DNA from: Squalus acanthias
Taxonomy: Eukaryota
Assembly (NCBI GenBank): GCA_030390025.1
Contig: CM059431.1
Location: 109,618,001 to 109,682,000 of the forward strand
DNA: 64,000 bases
Direction: 5' to 3'
This document shows, piece by piece, positions 48,562 through 60,148 of the stretch (within the stretch, counting starts at the first letter, position 1; every line of letters begins with the position of its first letter). Under the pieces are notes generated by a model, which worked only from the letters and a program-made list of their open reading frames with translations, was not told where the DNA came from and did not search any database. The translations under genes and the position numbers were made by a program.

Positions 48562-49795
48562 ATGGGAACGGTTTGTACTCTCTCATCCTGGTCCTCAAAA
48601 TCTGAAGAGGATCAACCGCAGCACCAGCAGAACCAGGCACACCAGCAGCACCAACAACAAGAGCGCCAACCTTCTCCTCAACCACCTGATGCTGCGCAGG
48701 GCAGAGGCCATCAGCACAGGGCTGCACCGTGCCACATGAGATACCCCCAACACAGGGTTTACAGGCAGAGGATGAGCTTCCTCAACATGAGTGAGCAGCA
48801 GTGCCAAAGGAGGCTGAGACTTTCGCGAGAGGTAGTCGCAGACATTTGCACAATGCTGCACCAAGACCTGCAGCCCAGAGGAGCAGGTGAACACTCTTTA
48901 CCAGTGGCTGTCAAAGTCTCCACCGCCCTCAACTTCTTTGCGTCAGGTTCCTTCCATGGATCAGCAGCAGACATCAGCGGCATCTCGCAGTCGGCCACCC
49001 ACAGATGCATCATGCAGGTTACCGATGTCCTCTTTACCAAGTCCGCCAATTACATTTACTCTCCCACTGATGAGGCAAGTGTTACCGAGTGGGCGCTAGG
49101 CTTTGTCAATCTGGCTGGCTTCCCACGGGTGCAGGGCGTCATTGACTGCACACATGTGGCCATCAGGGCACTCCATCACAACCCAGCAGTATTTGCCAAC
49201 CGCAAGGGCTTCCACTCCCTTAACGTGCAGCTGGTGTGCAACCATAGGAAGATTATCATCCATGTGTACACCAAATTCCCTGGCAGCTGCCATGACTCGT
49301 ACATCCTGCACCAGTCCACTATCCCTCAGCTCTTTGCTCTGCCAAACAAACTTTCTGGATGACTCCTTGGAGATAAGGGCTATCCCCTGAAGACGTGCCT
49401 AATGACACCGTTTAGGAGGCCATCAAACGAGTCTGAGGAGCGTTACAATCAAAGCCATATTTCCACCAGAAGTGTCAAAGAGCAAACAATAGGGTTGCTC
49501 AAAAAGTGCTTCAGATGCCTGGACAGATCTGGTGGAGCCCTACAGTACGTACCAGCTAGGGTCTCGAGAATCATCGTTGTCTGCTGTGCCCTGCACAATA
49601 TCACACTGCAGCGAGGATCAGCGCTGGATGAGGAACAAGGCACAGAGCGCACAGCCTCTTCAGAGGAGGAGGAGCAGAATGAGGTCCCAGATGAGGAACA
49701 CCTGGAGGAGGCGGCTGACCCATTGCGACCAGCACGCGAGCACATTGCTGCCGGTGATGCCAGAGATGGCCTGATCATTGCCAGATTCACCTATA
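48562..49795 (+). pseudogene. HARBI1-like Harbinger DDE transposase, ~410 codons with one in-frame stop
   Basis: ORFs 48562..49362 and 49402..49881 are in the same frame. GVIDCTH (D), [11 protein letters not shown] (D), [18 protein letters not shown] (E), [10 protein letters not shown] at 49360-49362 sits where W is expected. Confidence 0.93.
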
Positions 49796-50080
49796 TTTAT
49801 GCAGCACAGACATGTGGCTGCCATATGCACATGAAGGTTGCCCTGACCACACTTCAACACCATAGAGCATCTCTACAATGATCTGTGCATTCTTTGCACT
49901 GTCACCACCATTGCTGGACATAAAAGGCACCCTCACCCTTCACTGTGCCACTTCAAATTGTGACCACAAATATGGCAACGAATTCAAACATTCACAGAAC
50001 ATTAATTTATTACAACAGAATAACAGAACAGAAACTTAACATTGATTTCTAGCAGGACACCCAAGTGAGTACCCTTGTGA

Positions 50081-51978
50081 CTATTTATGTGGCAGCTTTC
50101 TCTTGCACGTGCTTCTACGTGGTGCTACCCCTGTGGCTTCAGCAGATATAGAGGCAGCTTGCTCACTTCCGTACTGCGCCTGCTTAGACACCTTTGGCGG
50201 TCATCCTCTGAGTTTTGGAGCCTGTGAGGGCCCCGCCAAAGTCTGCTCCTCCTGCGGCTGCACAGGGGCAGACTCGGCCATCACTGTTCGGGGAGTCATC
50301 TGGGGCTCTGACCGAGGGCTTGGCAAGGGAATGGAAGTTTGAGCGCTTGGAGAAGAGCCCCCACATGCATGTCCCCTCTCACCTTCATCTCTCTCATGGG
50401 CTACCTGCACTTCTCTGCTAGCACGTAGCTGGAGAGCGCCTTGATGCACATCAGTGGGGCCATGAGGACCCGTCTCTGTACTGACAGTCCTCATAACGGG
50501 GATGTCCATGAACCTCTGGTTCCTCTCCGCGATAGATGCCCATCTATCCTCCATAGCTGACCATCTATTTAGAAGTGTTACCATGTTGTTCTGAATCTGG
50601 CGATTTATGTCCTCCATGGAGGTTGCCATCCTTTCCATGGCGGTACCTACATTCGCCATTGCGTGCACCACGGCATTGCTCATGTTTGACATGGACTCCT
50701 CCATTCTCTGCACACTCGTAGTCACCATGGTTGCAAACCCTGACAGAGCCTCCTGCACTTGTTCCTGAAGCTCTCTTTCTGGATGACCCCAGAGGCACAG
50801 TGTCTACATGCAGCTGAGCAGAACTAGGAGCGCCCTGCGGCCTCCGACAAGGACTCCCCACTGCTGTCCCTGTCTTCACCATCTGCTCTTGCTCACTCGT
50901 GAATTGTGACAACATTAGTCTATCTCGCAAACGATCCACCGAGGTCTGCGTCTCTGCGCTGGTGCTGGGTGCACTCATTTCTGCTGACGCTGTTCCCTCA
51001 GAGGATGCAGCATCCTCTGAGGAGTCCTCCTGCTTTTCCTCCTGGACAGTAGGGAGGGGGGCTCTTGCTGGTCCTGTGGGAGAGTAAAGACATGAGTTAG
51101 ACATGTGATATGTAGATTGCAGACACATCCCATTGTGCACATGATGAGCATTCAATTTCTGTTGACATCAGATCCCATATGAGTCACTCATGAAAGCCAA
51201 ATAAGATGGATGGAGAATCATTCTGTCACCAGGTTGTTCGACTGAGCCCCTCTCTCTGTCCCCCACTTCGAGCTCTTCAACTGTTCCCGCAATGTCGAGA
51301 GCAGCCTCCTCAGCGTGGGTCAGCTGAGAACGATGGTGGTCCTCCTCCTGTTCTCTCCCTCGCCCTCTCCCTCTTATTGTGGACTCTCTTTTCCAGCAAT
51401 GAGGGAAAGAAGTGGAGTTTCAGTGAGAGTGATGGAATGAGTGTAAAGAATGGATAGGATAGATGTTTAGAGGGAGACTATGATGGAGTGGGTTCCCATT
51501 ACCAAGTTTCCTCCTTTTGTGTTGTTAGTTGTTGTCATTGCATAACCTTGAGGGTGGGTGTGAGGGGTGCATAGTAAGATGGGGAAGGGATTCTGTACAT
51601 AGGGAGAGAAGAATGGGTGATGGTGCAGGAGATGTTGGGGTGAGTTAGGATGTGCAGGAGTAGGGTTGGCAATGCAGAGTTTAGGGGAATGTGATGACAG
51701 GCACAGCAGAATTAAGGTAAGTGTGCTTTTATACTCACTTTTCCAGAACACAGGAGATCATTGAACCTTTTCCTATATTGGACCCAGGTGCGATTGAACA
51801 GACACCTGGCACTGACCGCCTCAGCTATTTGCAGCCAGGCTGCCTTTGACTGCTGAGGAGGTTTCCTTCTTCCATTCCCTGGGAATAGTACCTCCCTGCG
51901 TCCTCTGACTCCCTCCACAAGAACATGGAGGGAGTCATGGTTGAAGCGGGGAGCAGCCTTTGGTCTCTCTGCAGACAT
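50081..51978 (-). pseudogene. Harbinger Myb/SANT-like protein gene, 3 exons: 51978-51739, 51393-51230, 51073-50081
   Basis: MSAERPKAAPRFNHDSL.VLVEGVRGRREVLFP...KAAWLQIAEAVSA...RTWVQYRKRFNDL; same intron positions as the 35853 copy. Exon-2 acceptor mutated (CTG); frameshifts and a stop in exon 3. Confidence 0.85.
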
Positions 51979-52231
51979 CGTTGAAAGTACCAGCACTCAG
52001 GAGCAGCAAGAACGACGTGAGAGCCAAATGGGACACAGCCCCCTTAAATACACCGGCTGCAAACTCCTCATCAGATTAGGCCAAAATTGTTTCAGCAGAC
52101 CGGCTGGAGTCAGGAGCGGGAGCGGGACCAGAACCCGCCAACTACCAGTCCCGCCGCCAACCCGCCTTCACTCGGAAAATCCAGCCCCTAGATTTTCCAG
52201 TCAGTTTGCAGGGAGACCAACTGCATTACCG

Positions 52232-52725
52232 TGAATGTCACTGGGCTAGTAATCCAGAGGCTTGGACTAATGATTCAGAGATGTGAGTTTAAATCCCACC
52301 ATGGCAGCTGGGGAATTTAATTTCAGTTAATTAAATAAATCTGGAATCATTACTAGTATCAGTAATGGTGACCATGAAACTACCGGATTGTTGTAAAAAC
52401 CTCTCTGGTTCACTAATGGAAGGAAGGAAATCTGCTGTCCTTACCCGGTCTGGCCTATATGTGACTCCAGACCCACAGCAATGTGGTTGACTCTTAACTG
52501 CCCTCTGAAATGGCCCAGCAAGTCACTCAGTTGTAACAACCTGCTATGAAAAACAATTTAAAAAAAAGAATGAAACTGGACGGACCATCTGGCATCAACC
52601 TCGGTGGACTGCAGCGGTTCAAGAAGGTGGCTCACCGCCACCTTCTCAAGGGCAATTAGGGATGGGTAATAAAATGTTGGCCTTGCCAGCGAGGCCCACA
52701 TCCCACAAACAAACTTAAAAAAAAA
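52232..52725 (+). mobile_element. tRNA-derived SINE (second family) with the 3' tail of LINE family B
   Basis: tRNA-like head (gagtttaaatccc); 52605-52725 matches the LINE-B 3' end at 62287-62403. Confidence 0.75.
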
Positions 52726-54049
52726 ATTACTAAGACATTAATTCAAAAGAGCAGCGTACTTAGGTTGTTCCCCTGAGACCCGGCCTGTAGTATAAAAGCA
52801 GCTATAGAGTAAATAGGGTAGTTTAAAGTTGATCCACCTGGAGCTATTTTAAGACAGGGAGCTGTGGGTTCCACTATCAGAGATACAAGGACTGTACTTC
52901 AGAACAATGTTGTAACGCAATGTGCCTCCAAGAGCCCAATTACTCCAGATTGTAATGGTTGCAAGCAACTAGTAAGAGACATTACTTTTCTGTGGCTTGA
53001 AAGGAGATATTTACTTTATAATTGACAATGATATGTGCTGTGCAGCCTGTGCCTTTAAGCCAGTGGTATTATAAAGGAAATGAATTTCAAATCTCCCAGG
53101 GATACCAGCGACACATCAATTTGGACAGGTTGCACCAGGCTTCTTTGATGTGCAGAGATAAGCCTAAGGCAATACAGAGGAGAAGTTTTAGGAGAACAAG
53201 CAAAATCACCCACTGCATCACACAAACGGAATGCCTAAGGCGGAAAAGCATAGAGTTCATTTGTTTTTTTTCTTGAATTCCCAAATTCACCAAAGTGTTT
53301 GCTGATATGCAGAACTGTGCTTAAGTATGAGAGTCGAAGATTAGATATTCCTCACTGGGGACACCTTTCACATGACATTACTTTAATTCTTCCCTCACTC
53401 GTTATAAGATCTTCTTTTCTCTACCTACCAGTAAAAAAACAAACCAATTTATTATATGATTGGCTGCTTAGTGTTGCTATTGTAAAAGGATCAATGGGTG
53501 CCTCGCGGGCAGATTCTGATTAGGAAGGTTACATAGCAAAGGAAAATGTTAAACTCATGGATCATCTTCAATCAAATTGAGCCCTTAATATTTAATAATA
53601 TGGATATAAATTTCTGCATTTGTTCAGTTTCAAATAATCCTTTTGAAGATGCAAGCACTTCAGTAGATAAGATGTTCCCACTTCTTGGAAAGAACAAGAA
53701 ACCTGCAGCCATCTATGGAACTCAATGAGAAAAACGGTTCTTTCTGACTGTCGCCAACGCTAATCAGTAGACCTCCAGCATGTTCACTCTGCAATTGTGT
53801 GATCACATTTACCAAATGCACATTGGAAGCTGCTTCTACTTCAGCGATACTCCCACTTGATTTGCCCCACCCACTGCATGGCACCACCACGAATGTTAGT
53901 GATCGGGAAAAAAATACATCTTCAGATTCCCAAATAAATGAAATTGTGTCTATTCCGAGTACGGATGGGGATTCAACGTTGTACTTTTTGCAGCACGGTT
54001 GTTTTTAGCGCTGAGCCAGTTCTGTGTGTGGAAACCAGCTCAACATGTC

Positions 54050-54665
54050 TACATAAGAACATAAGACGCAGGAGCAGGAGTAGGTCATTTGGCCCCTCGA
54101 GCCTGCTCCGCCATTCAATAAGATCATGGCTGATCTGATCATGGCCTCAACTCCACTTCCCTGCCCGCTCCCCATAACCCTTGACTCCCTTACCATTCAA
54201 AAACCTGTCTATCTCCACCTTAAATATATTCAATGACCCAGTCTCCACAGCTCTCTGGGGAAGAGAATTCCAAAGATTCACGACCCTCTGAGAGAAGAAA
54301 TTCCTCCTCATTTCCGATTTAAATGGGTGCCCCCTTTAGTGAAGTAGGAATGGAGACAGCTAAACTGGTGGAAGATTATTCGATCCAGGACAGTTTGAGT
54401 CTATGTTGCCAGTTACAACAGTTTACTGGGCTCCCCCATCAGAGGAAATACTTTCTCTCTATCTACCCTATCAAATCCTTTAATCATCTTAAACTCCTCA
54501 ATCAGATCACCCCTTAATCTTCTATACTTGAGGGAATACAAACCTAGTCTGTGCAGCTTGTCCTCATAATTTAACCCTTTCAGCCCCGGTATCATTCTGG
54601 TGTATCTGCGCTGCACCCTCTCCAAGGCCAATACATCCTTCCTCAGGTGTGATGCCCCAGAACTA
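54050..54665 (-). mobile_element. Two CR1 fragments (54050-54335, 54425-54665)
   Basis: (CATAAGAA) tail and hairpin; HLRKDVLALERVQRRYTRMIPGL. Confidence 0.85.
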
Positions 54666-54910
54666 CATGCCCAGAAAAGTGTGCTGCATTGTCTGAAGTC
54701 CTGTCTTTCAGATAAGATGTTAAACCGGAGCCATGGTGGCTTGTTCAGCTGCATGCTAAAGATTCATGTCACTATTCAAAGAACAGACAGAGAGCACTCC
54801 CAATGTCTTCCTTCATTCAACACCACCAAAAACAGATACACTGGTCATTTATCTCATTTGTTGTTTGTGGCAGCCTGCTCTGTGCAAGTTAGCACTATGT
54901 TTGCCTTATG

Positions 54911-56383
54911 TGTAAAATTCGCAATTATCGCGATTCGAAATAACGAGATAAAGCAGGTTCGTTTCATCAGTTTTATTTCAACGAAATGCTGTCATGATTA
55001 AACAGGACACAGAAGCCTGTAAAATGGCCGCCGCGCCTCGTGGCAGAAGCTTCCAGAATTTTCAGTGGGCAGACAAGATGGCGTTCGAATAAACATTTCA
55101 GTATAAGATTGGTTAATACGTAGCAAACACTGATAAAGACAGGATGCAACCTGTCTGCATTCGACACAATAGCAAGAGATATAAGTGCTGGAATCATTTT
55201 CCATGCACAAGTAAGGACCATTGTACTGGGCAATCGAAGGCCCATCCAAATACATCAATACGCAAATTCCCCACGGCTCTACAATGAGAGAGCCATTCTC
55301 GGGTGCTTACACAAGTATTCGGAGGCCCCCAAAACCAGTCAGGGAGGCTCCTAGTCGGTTCCACAATGGGAAAAACATTAACGGGTAGTTGGCCAGTCTC
55401 AGGTGCTACCGAAACCCATTACAAACAAGAATCACCCCATACTGGGAATTTTGAGCGCCAAGATTTCACAAAGGACAAACATTAAGATTTGAGCGGGAGA
55501 TAAGAAAACACAGCACTATAACTATAGACAACAAATGTCCATCGCTCTCTTATCTCAGCTGATGGGCTTATTCTCTGGATTCGACTCATATCTCTGCTGA
55601 CTCTTGACTCGGGCTGAACTCTTGACTATTTTATCTCGCTGATGACTGCTGAACTTTTATTCTCCTATTCTGATCCTCGGGTATCGCTCTGCTGGACGAG
55701 CAGCTTTCTGTTTTTCTCTGGACTCTGTTGACTATGTTGGGTGGAGCTCGAACGGAACGAGCCGCCTCGACGAAGGCCAGTGACCGGGTGCACCATCCCG
55801 AGAGTCGGTAAACGGTGTCTGGACCCGAAGGCCCGAAGAGATGAGACGAGACGAGACGAGAAGAAAAGGAGAAGAATCCACGTACCGCCACGGTCAGTAA
55901 ACCCCGACCGCGCCCGAAAATACAAGAAAGAACTGCAGCGAAACGAGCCGAGTGCCTTACTTTAAAATTCTCCGAAGTATCACGATTAGTGTAGGTATTG
56001 ATAGGGGAGGGTGGTTTATTAAGGATAAATATAATGTGTTCCCCTTTTTACGATGTGCCGTGCGTTCCTCATTACCCTAGACCAAGTTTTATGAATGTAT
56101 GTATACTTGTACTATCGTTAATTTGTGCCTATGACATGTACTTCATGATTTTGGACGTTATGCAATAAAGATTTCCATTTCGTACTATTCAACCGAGTCT
56201 ATTTGAGTTTTCTCTGCATTACTGCTCTCACACCTAAGTCCAGTGTTAGAACCGTAAGGGCGAGTGGGTCGAACCACTCACAGGTGCTTATTGCAACAAG
56301 GCTGGCAGGAGACCAGAGCAAGCAATAGTATTAGGCAACGAAGGCCTAACCCCGCACAAGCACCTACGACCGAACCCCTTACA
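54911..56383 (+). mobile_element. Solo LTR, family 2, copy 2 (1473 bp), inserted in a degenerate Deu SINE (~54680-54910 / 56388-56475)
   Basis: TGTAA...TTACA; 4-bp TSD TATG (54907-54910 / 56384-56387); AATAAA at 56164-56169. Confidence 0.92.
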
Positions 56384-56533
56384 TATGGAGCAACAGTGAA
56401 TGCACCTCAATGGTAATCCTTTGGATGTGAAGCATTTTGGGACCCAGAAGATGCCATATAAATGCAAGTTCTTTGTTTAATTGTTCCTCACTGGGTACTT
56501 CTACTTTGCATACTCAATTACAGCTTTATGAAA

Positions 56534-56728
56534 AAAGTGAGAAGTCGCACAACACCAGGTTATAGTCCAACAGTTTTATTTGAAATCACAAGCTTTCGGA
56601 GCGGCCTGACGAAGGAGCAGCCGCTCCGAAAGCGTGTGATTTCAAATAAAACTGTTGGACTATAACCTGGTATTGTGCGACTTCTCACTTTTGTCCACCC
56701 CAGTCCAACGCCGGCATCTCCGCATCAT
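56534..56728 (+). mobile_element. Palindromic minimal Penelope-like insertion with hammerhead core
   Basis: ~70-bp inverted arms around ctgacgaaggagcagccgctccgaaa; 12-bp TSD AGCTTTATGAAA (56522-56533 / 56729-56740). Confidence 0.88.
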
Positions 56729-57191
56729 AGCTTTATGAAAGAAAGACTTGCATTTATATAGCACCTTTTACAACCACCGGACGTCTCAAAGCACTTTACA
56801 GCCAATGAAGTACTTTTGGAGTGTAGTCACTGTTGTAATGTGGGAAACGCAGCAGCCAATTTGCGCACAATAATCCTGTCTTTGCTAATCTCAGTGATAA
56901 AATACGTGAGTAGGGAACAGTAGAATGTCAGAAGAAACCACCAATGGACAATTTGCCTGTGTTTATCACTGCTCTAAACGCTCAACCAATTTAAAAAAAT
57001 CTATTCCTATGATTTACCCTGGCTCTCCACTACTTTGAGTTTAACTAATAAACATTTGTATGGAAATTCATCAAATGTCTTTTGGAAGTCTACGTAGACC
57101 ACATTGTTGAGCTTCTCATAGTTGACTTTGGATGTGAATGATCAGGTAGGATCATCTGCTTTAGAATCTGCTTGACTGCTGTTTATTAAGT

Positions 57192-57645
57192 AAAAAGAAA
57201 GACTTGCATTTATATAGCGCCTTCATGACCACTAGACGCCCCAAAGCACTTTGTAGCCAATGAAGTATATTTTTAAAGTGTTGTAATGTAGGAAACGCGG
57301 CAGCCAATTTGCGCACAGCAAGCTCCCACAAACAGCAATGTGATAATGACCAAATAATCTGTTTTTGTTATGTTGATTGAGGGAAAAATATTAGATAGGA
57401 ACACCGGAGATAACTCCCCTGCTTTTCTTCAAAATAGTGCCGTGGGATCTTTTACGTCCACCTGAGAGAGCAGACGGTTTAATGTCTCATCCAAAAGACA
57501 GCACCTCCAACAGTGCAGCACTTTCTCAGTACTGCACTGGAGTGTTATTCTAGATTTTTGTGCTACAAATCTCTAGGGTGGGACTATGAACCCATAACCT
57601 TCTGACTCAGAGGCGAGGGTGCTACCCACTGAGCCACGACTGACA
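57192..57645 (-). mobile_element. Deu-domain SINE, full length (a further 3' fragment lies at 56741-56870)
   Basis: Reverse tRNA head at 57580-57645, Deu core, tail. Confidence 0.9.
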
Positions 57646-58094
57646 TTACAGTGCAAAATGGTTAAATGAATAATGATTCTGCCAAGTAATTTTATTCACT
57701 TAACCATTCTTTTCTGTCTCCATCCTCATATCTTCATGACCAAAACATATCTTGGCTTATCTCTGCCATGCCTCTGTAACTTAAATTCCCTCTGTGCCAA
57801 TTTGCATTTTGGCTGCAACATCAGAACAGAGTCCAGCATTTCTATCTCTCTCTGGGTTTTTTTTTGGCCCCTCTCTCAGGCTCTTCTCTCCTTCCTGTTA
57901 CCTGGCCATGCTGTAAGACCACAACTAGCCTCTGTGACTCTCCTGACATTCTCCAAAAGGCCCATCGAGCCACATTAACACAATTTGCACCTTCTTTATA
58001 TGCTCGGAGGCAGTTCTTACCCACCTGCAATGTGCTTACGTAGCTTCATTCCTGTGCTTGCCTGTACATTACCTCTTTTGGCATTCAAACATAT

Positions 58095-58540
58095 ATACCT
58101 ATCAGGAAAGGATGAACAGGCTGGGACTCTTTTCTCTTGAAAAGAGAAGGCTGAGGGGTGACCTAATACAAGTCTTTAAAATTATGAAAGGTTTTGATAG
58201 AGTGGATATGGAGAGAATGTTTCCACTTGTGGGGAAGAGCATAACTAGAGGACATCAATATAAGATAGTCACCAAGAAATCCAATAGGGAATTCAGAAGA
58301 AACTTCTTTACCCAAAGAGTGGTGAGAATGTGGAAATCGCTACCACAGGGAGTGGTTGAAGCGAATAGTACAGATGCATTTAAGGGGAGGCTAGACAAGC
58401 ATAGGAGGGAGAAGGCAATAGAGGGTTATGCTGATAGATTTAGATGAGGAAAGACGAGAGGAGGCTCGAGTGTAGCATAAATGCCGGCATGGACTGGTTG
58501 GGCCGAATTGCCTATTTCTGTGCCGTATATCCTATGTAAA
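58095..58540 (+). mobile_element. CR1 3' fragment
   Basis: TYQERMNRLGLFSLEKRRLRGDLI. Confidence 0.92.
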
Positions 58541-59441
58541 CATATTCGGTAACAATTGCACTCACTGCAGCTGGATTATCAAACGGTTTAACTTTTAGTG
58601 GTTTTAGTGGTTGCTGACTGCCCGTGAAGCATTAAAGGATCATTATCGCCGATGCGTTATGATGCCATGCTTTTCTTTTAGTTAACTCCAATGAACTTAC
58701 ATTCCCACAAATCCGACACTTGAAAGCTGTGCATTACTGCATTCTCATTGCTATTGCCTCACATTTTTGGTGAGAAGTATTTCGGACTCCTGGTGAGGAA
58801 CAGGTCTATTACACCATGGAAGTGAATGGAGTTCAATACTGACAGGTTCGTGTAAAGCTGAGCATTATTTGCTTTCAGCCTGAAATAAATTGCCTTTTAC
58901 AAAGTAGGAGAACTAAATGCCATTGATAAAAGAACTGCTAACATCCACCACACCTTTCTTTTCTCATGCAAAAAGAGAAAAAATGATTGAAAGCCTTTTT
59001 CTTGAAGATATGGGATATGATTAGCGTGCAAAATAGCTCCTACGACAGAGTTATTTCTTTGTTATGCATATTGTGAGAAGCAATCCATGTTGGAGAAGCA
59101 ACACTTAAAGGAATATCTCATTTACTAACTTATTGCAGGAGATAAGCTAAAAATATTCTTCCTCTCAATAGTTTTTTTTTCAGTTGCGGGGCAAGGGGGA
59201 TTGTACTGATGCTAGAAATGGCATAGTCACAAGGGAAATGCCATTACACTGTTCTCAGTGGGTAGCACTCTCATCTCTGAGTCAGAAGGTTGTGGGTTCA
59301 CGTCCCACTCCAAGGGCGTGAACACATAATCGAAGCTGACACTCCAGTGCGCTACTGAGGGAGAACTGCACTGTCGGAGGTGTCGTATTTCGGATGAGAC
59401 ATTAAACCGAGGATCCGTCTGCCCTCTTAGGTGGACATAAA

Positions 59442-60148
59442 GGGGTAAAAATTAGGTAGTGCCCCCTTTGGGGCGCTAAATTCGCTGGGGCGCTACCCGA
59501 AAAAGTTAACGCCCCCGCGGCCGATTTTCCCAGGTAGCGCCCCGAGAGGGAGGAGGGGCGTTACTGGAAGCGCCCCGCATCCCTCTTCGGGTGCTGCAAG
59601 CCAATACCGCGGCACTACTGCAGGCCTTCCTCCCCTTATTAAAGGGGAGGGGCCTGGCACAGCGCGTCCCGATGCCCAGCTGGGCCACCAGGGATCGGGA
59701 GTGCCGGCAAATGAGCCCGGCACTCAAGAGGAGTGCCGGGCTCATGGAGAGCAACCGGCACCCCACGGGGGGGGGGGGGCTTCACAGAGGCCGGGGACAG
59801 CAACGGGGGGCAGGTGCTGGCAGGTGGCCAGCAACAAAAATGGCCGCCCGCCACTTCCCCTTTAACGAGCGCTGCCCGGCCGCAGGTAGGCCCCCTGACC
59901 CCGTCGGACATAGCGTCCGGCAGTAAGTTGGGGGGTGCCACCAAATATTACAGCCGGGGTGCTGCGCACAGTGATGACTTCATTGGCGGCGGCGCTGCGC
60001 GGCGCTAATGGTTAGCGCCGCCGTTAACTTCCTGCTGAATTTCGCGGGAGGCGTTAGCGGCGCCGCACCCAGACGCTAGTTGATTTGCGCCCCGTTAGCG
60101 CCCTCTAGGGCGCTAATGGGAGGCGCAAATCAACCAAATTTAGCCCCC
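59442..60148. mobile_element. GC-rich Harbinger-type MITE inserted in a Deu SINE (59253-59441 / 60149-60398)
   Basis: TIRs GGGGTAAAAATT / AATTTAGCCCCC; TSD AAA; many (G)GCGCTA/TAGCGCC subterminal repeats; CpGs undecayed. Confidence 0.85.

Larger units (their letters stand above)
46115..52187. mobile_element. Near full-length PIF/Harbinger transposon (~4.2 kb plus 1.9-kb Penelope insertion)
   Basis: TIRs GGCCATGATTTT / AAAATCCAGCCC; exact TSD CTA (46112-46114 / 52188-52190); convergent transposase and Myb-like genes. Confidence 0.92.

Noticed and set aside
48562..49881. Host HARBI1 gene (and NAIF1 for the partner)
   Set aside because: Both lie within TIRs and a TSD, have several disrupted paralogous copies in the window, and carry inactivating mutations; no gene symbol assigned.
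53546..54008. Short ORFs in unique sequence as host exons
   Set aside because: No recognisable domain and no convincing paired splice sites.
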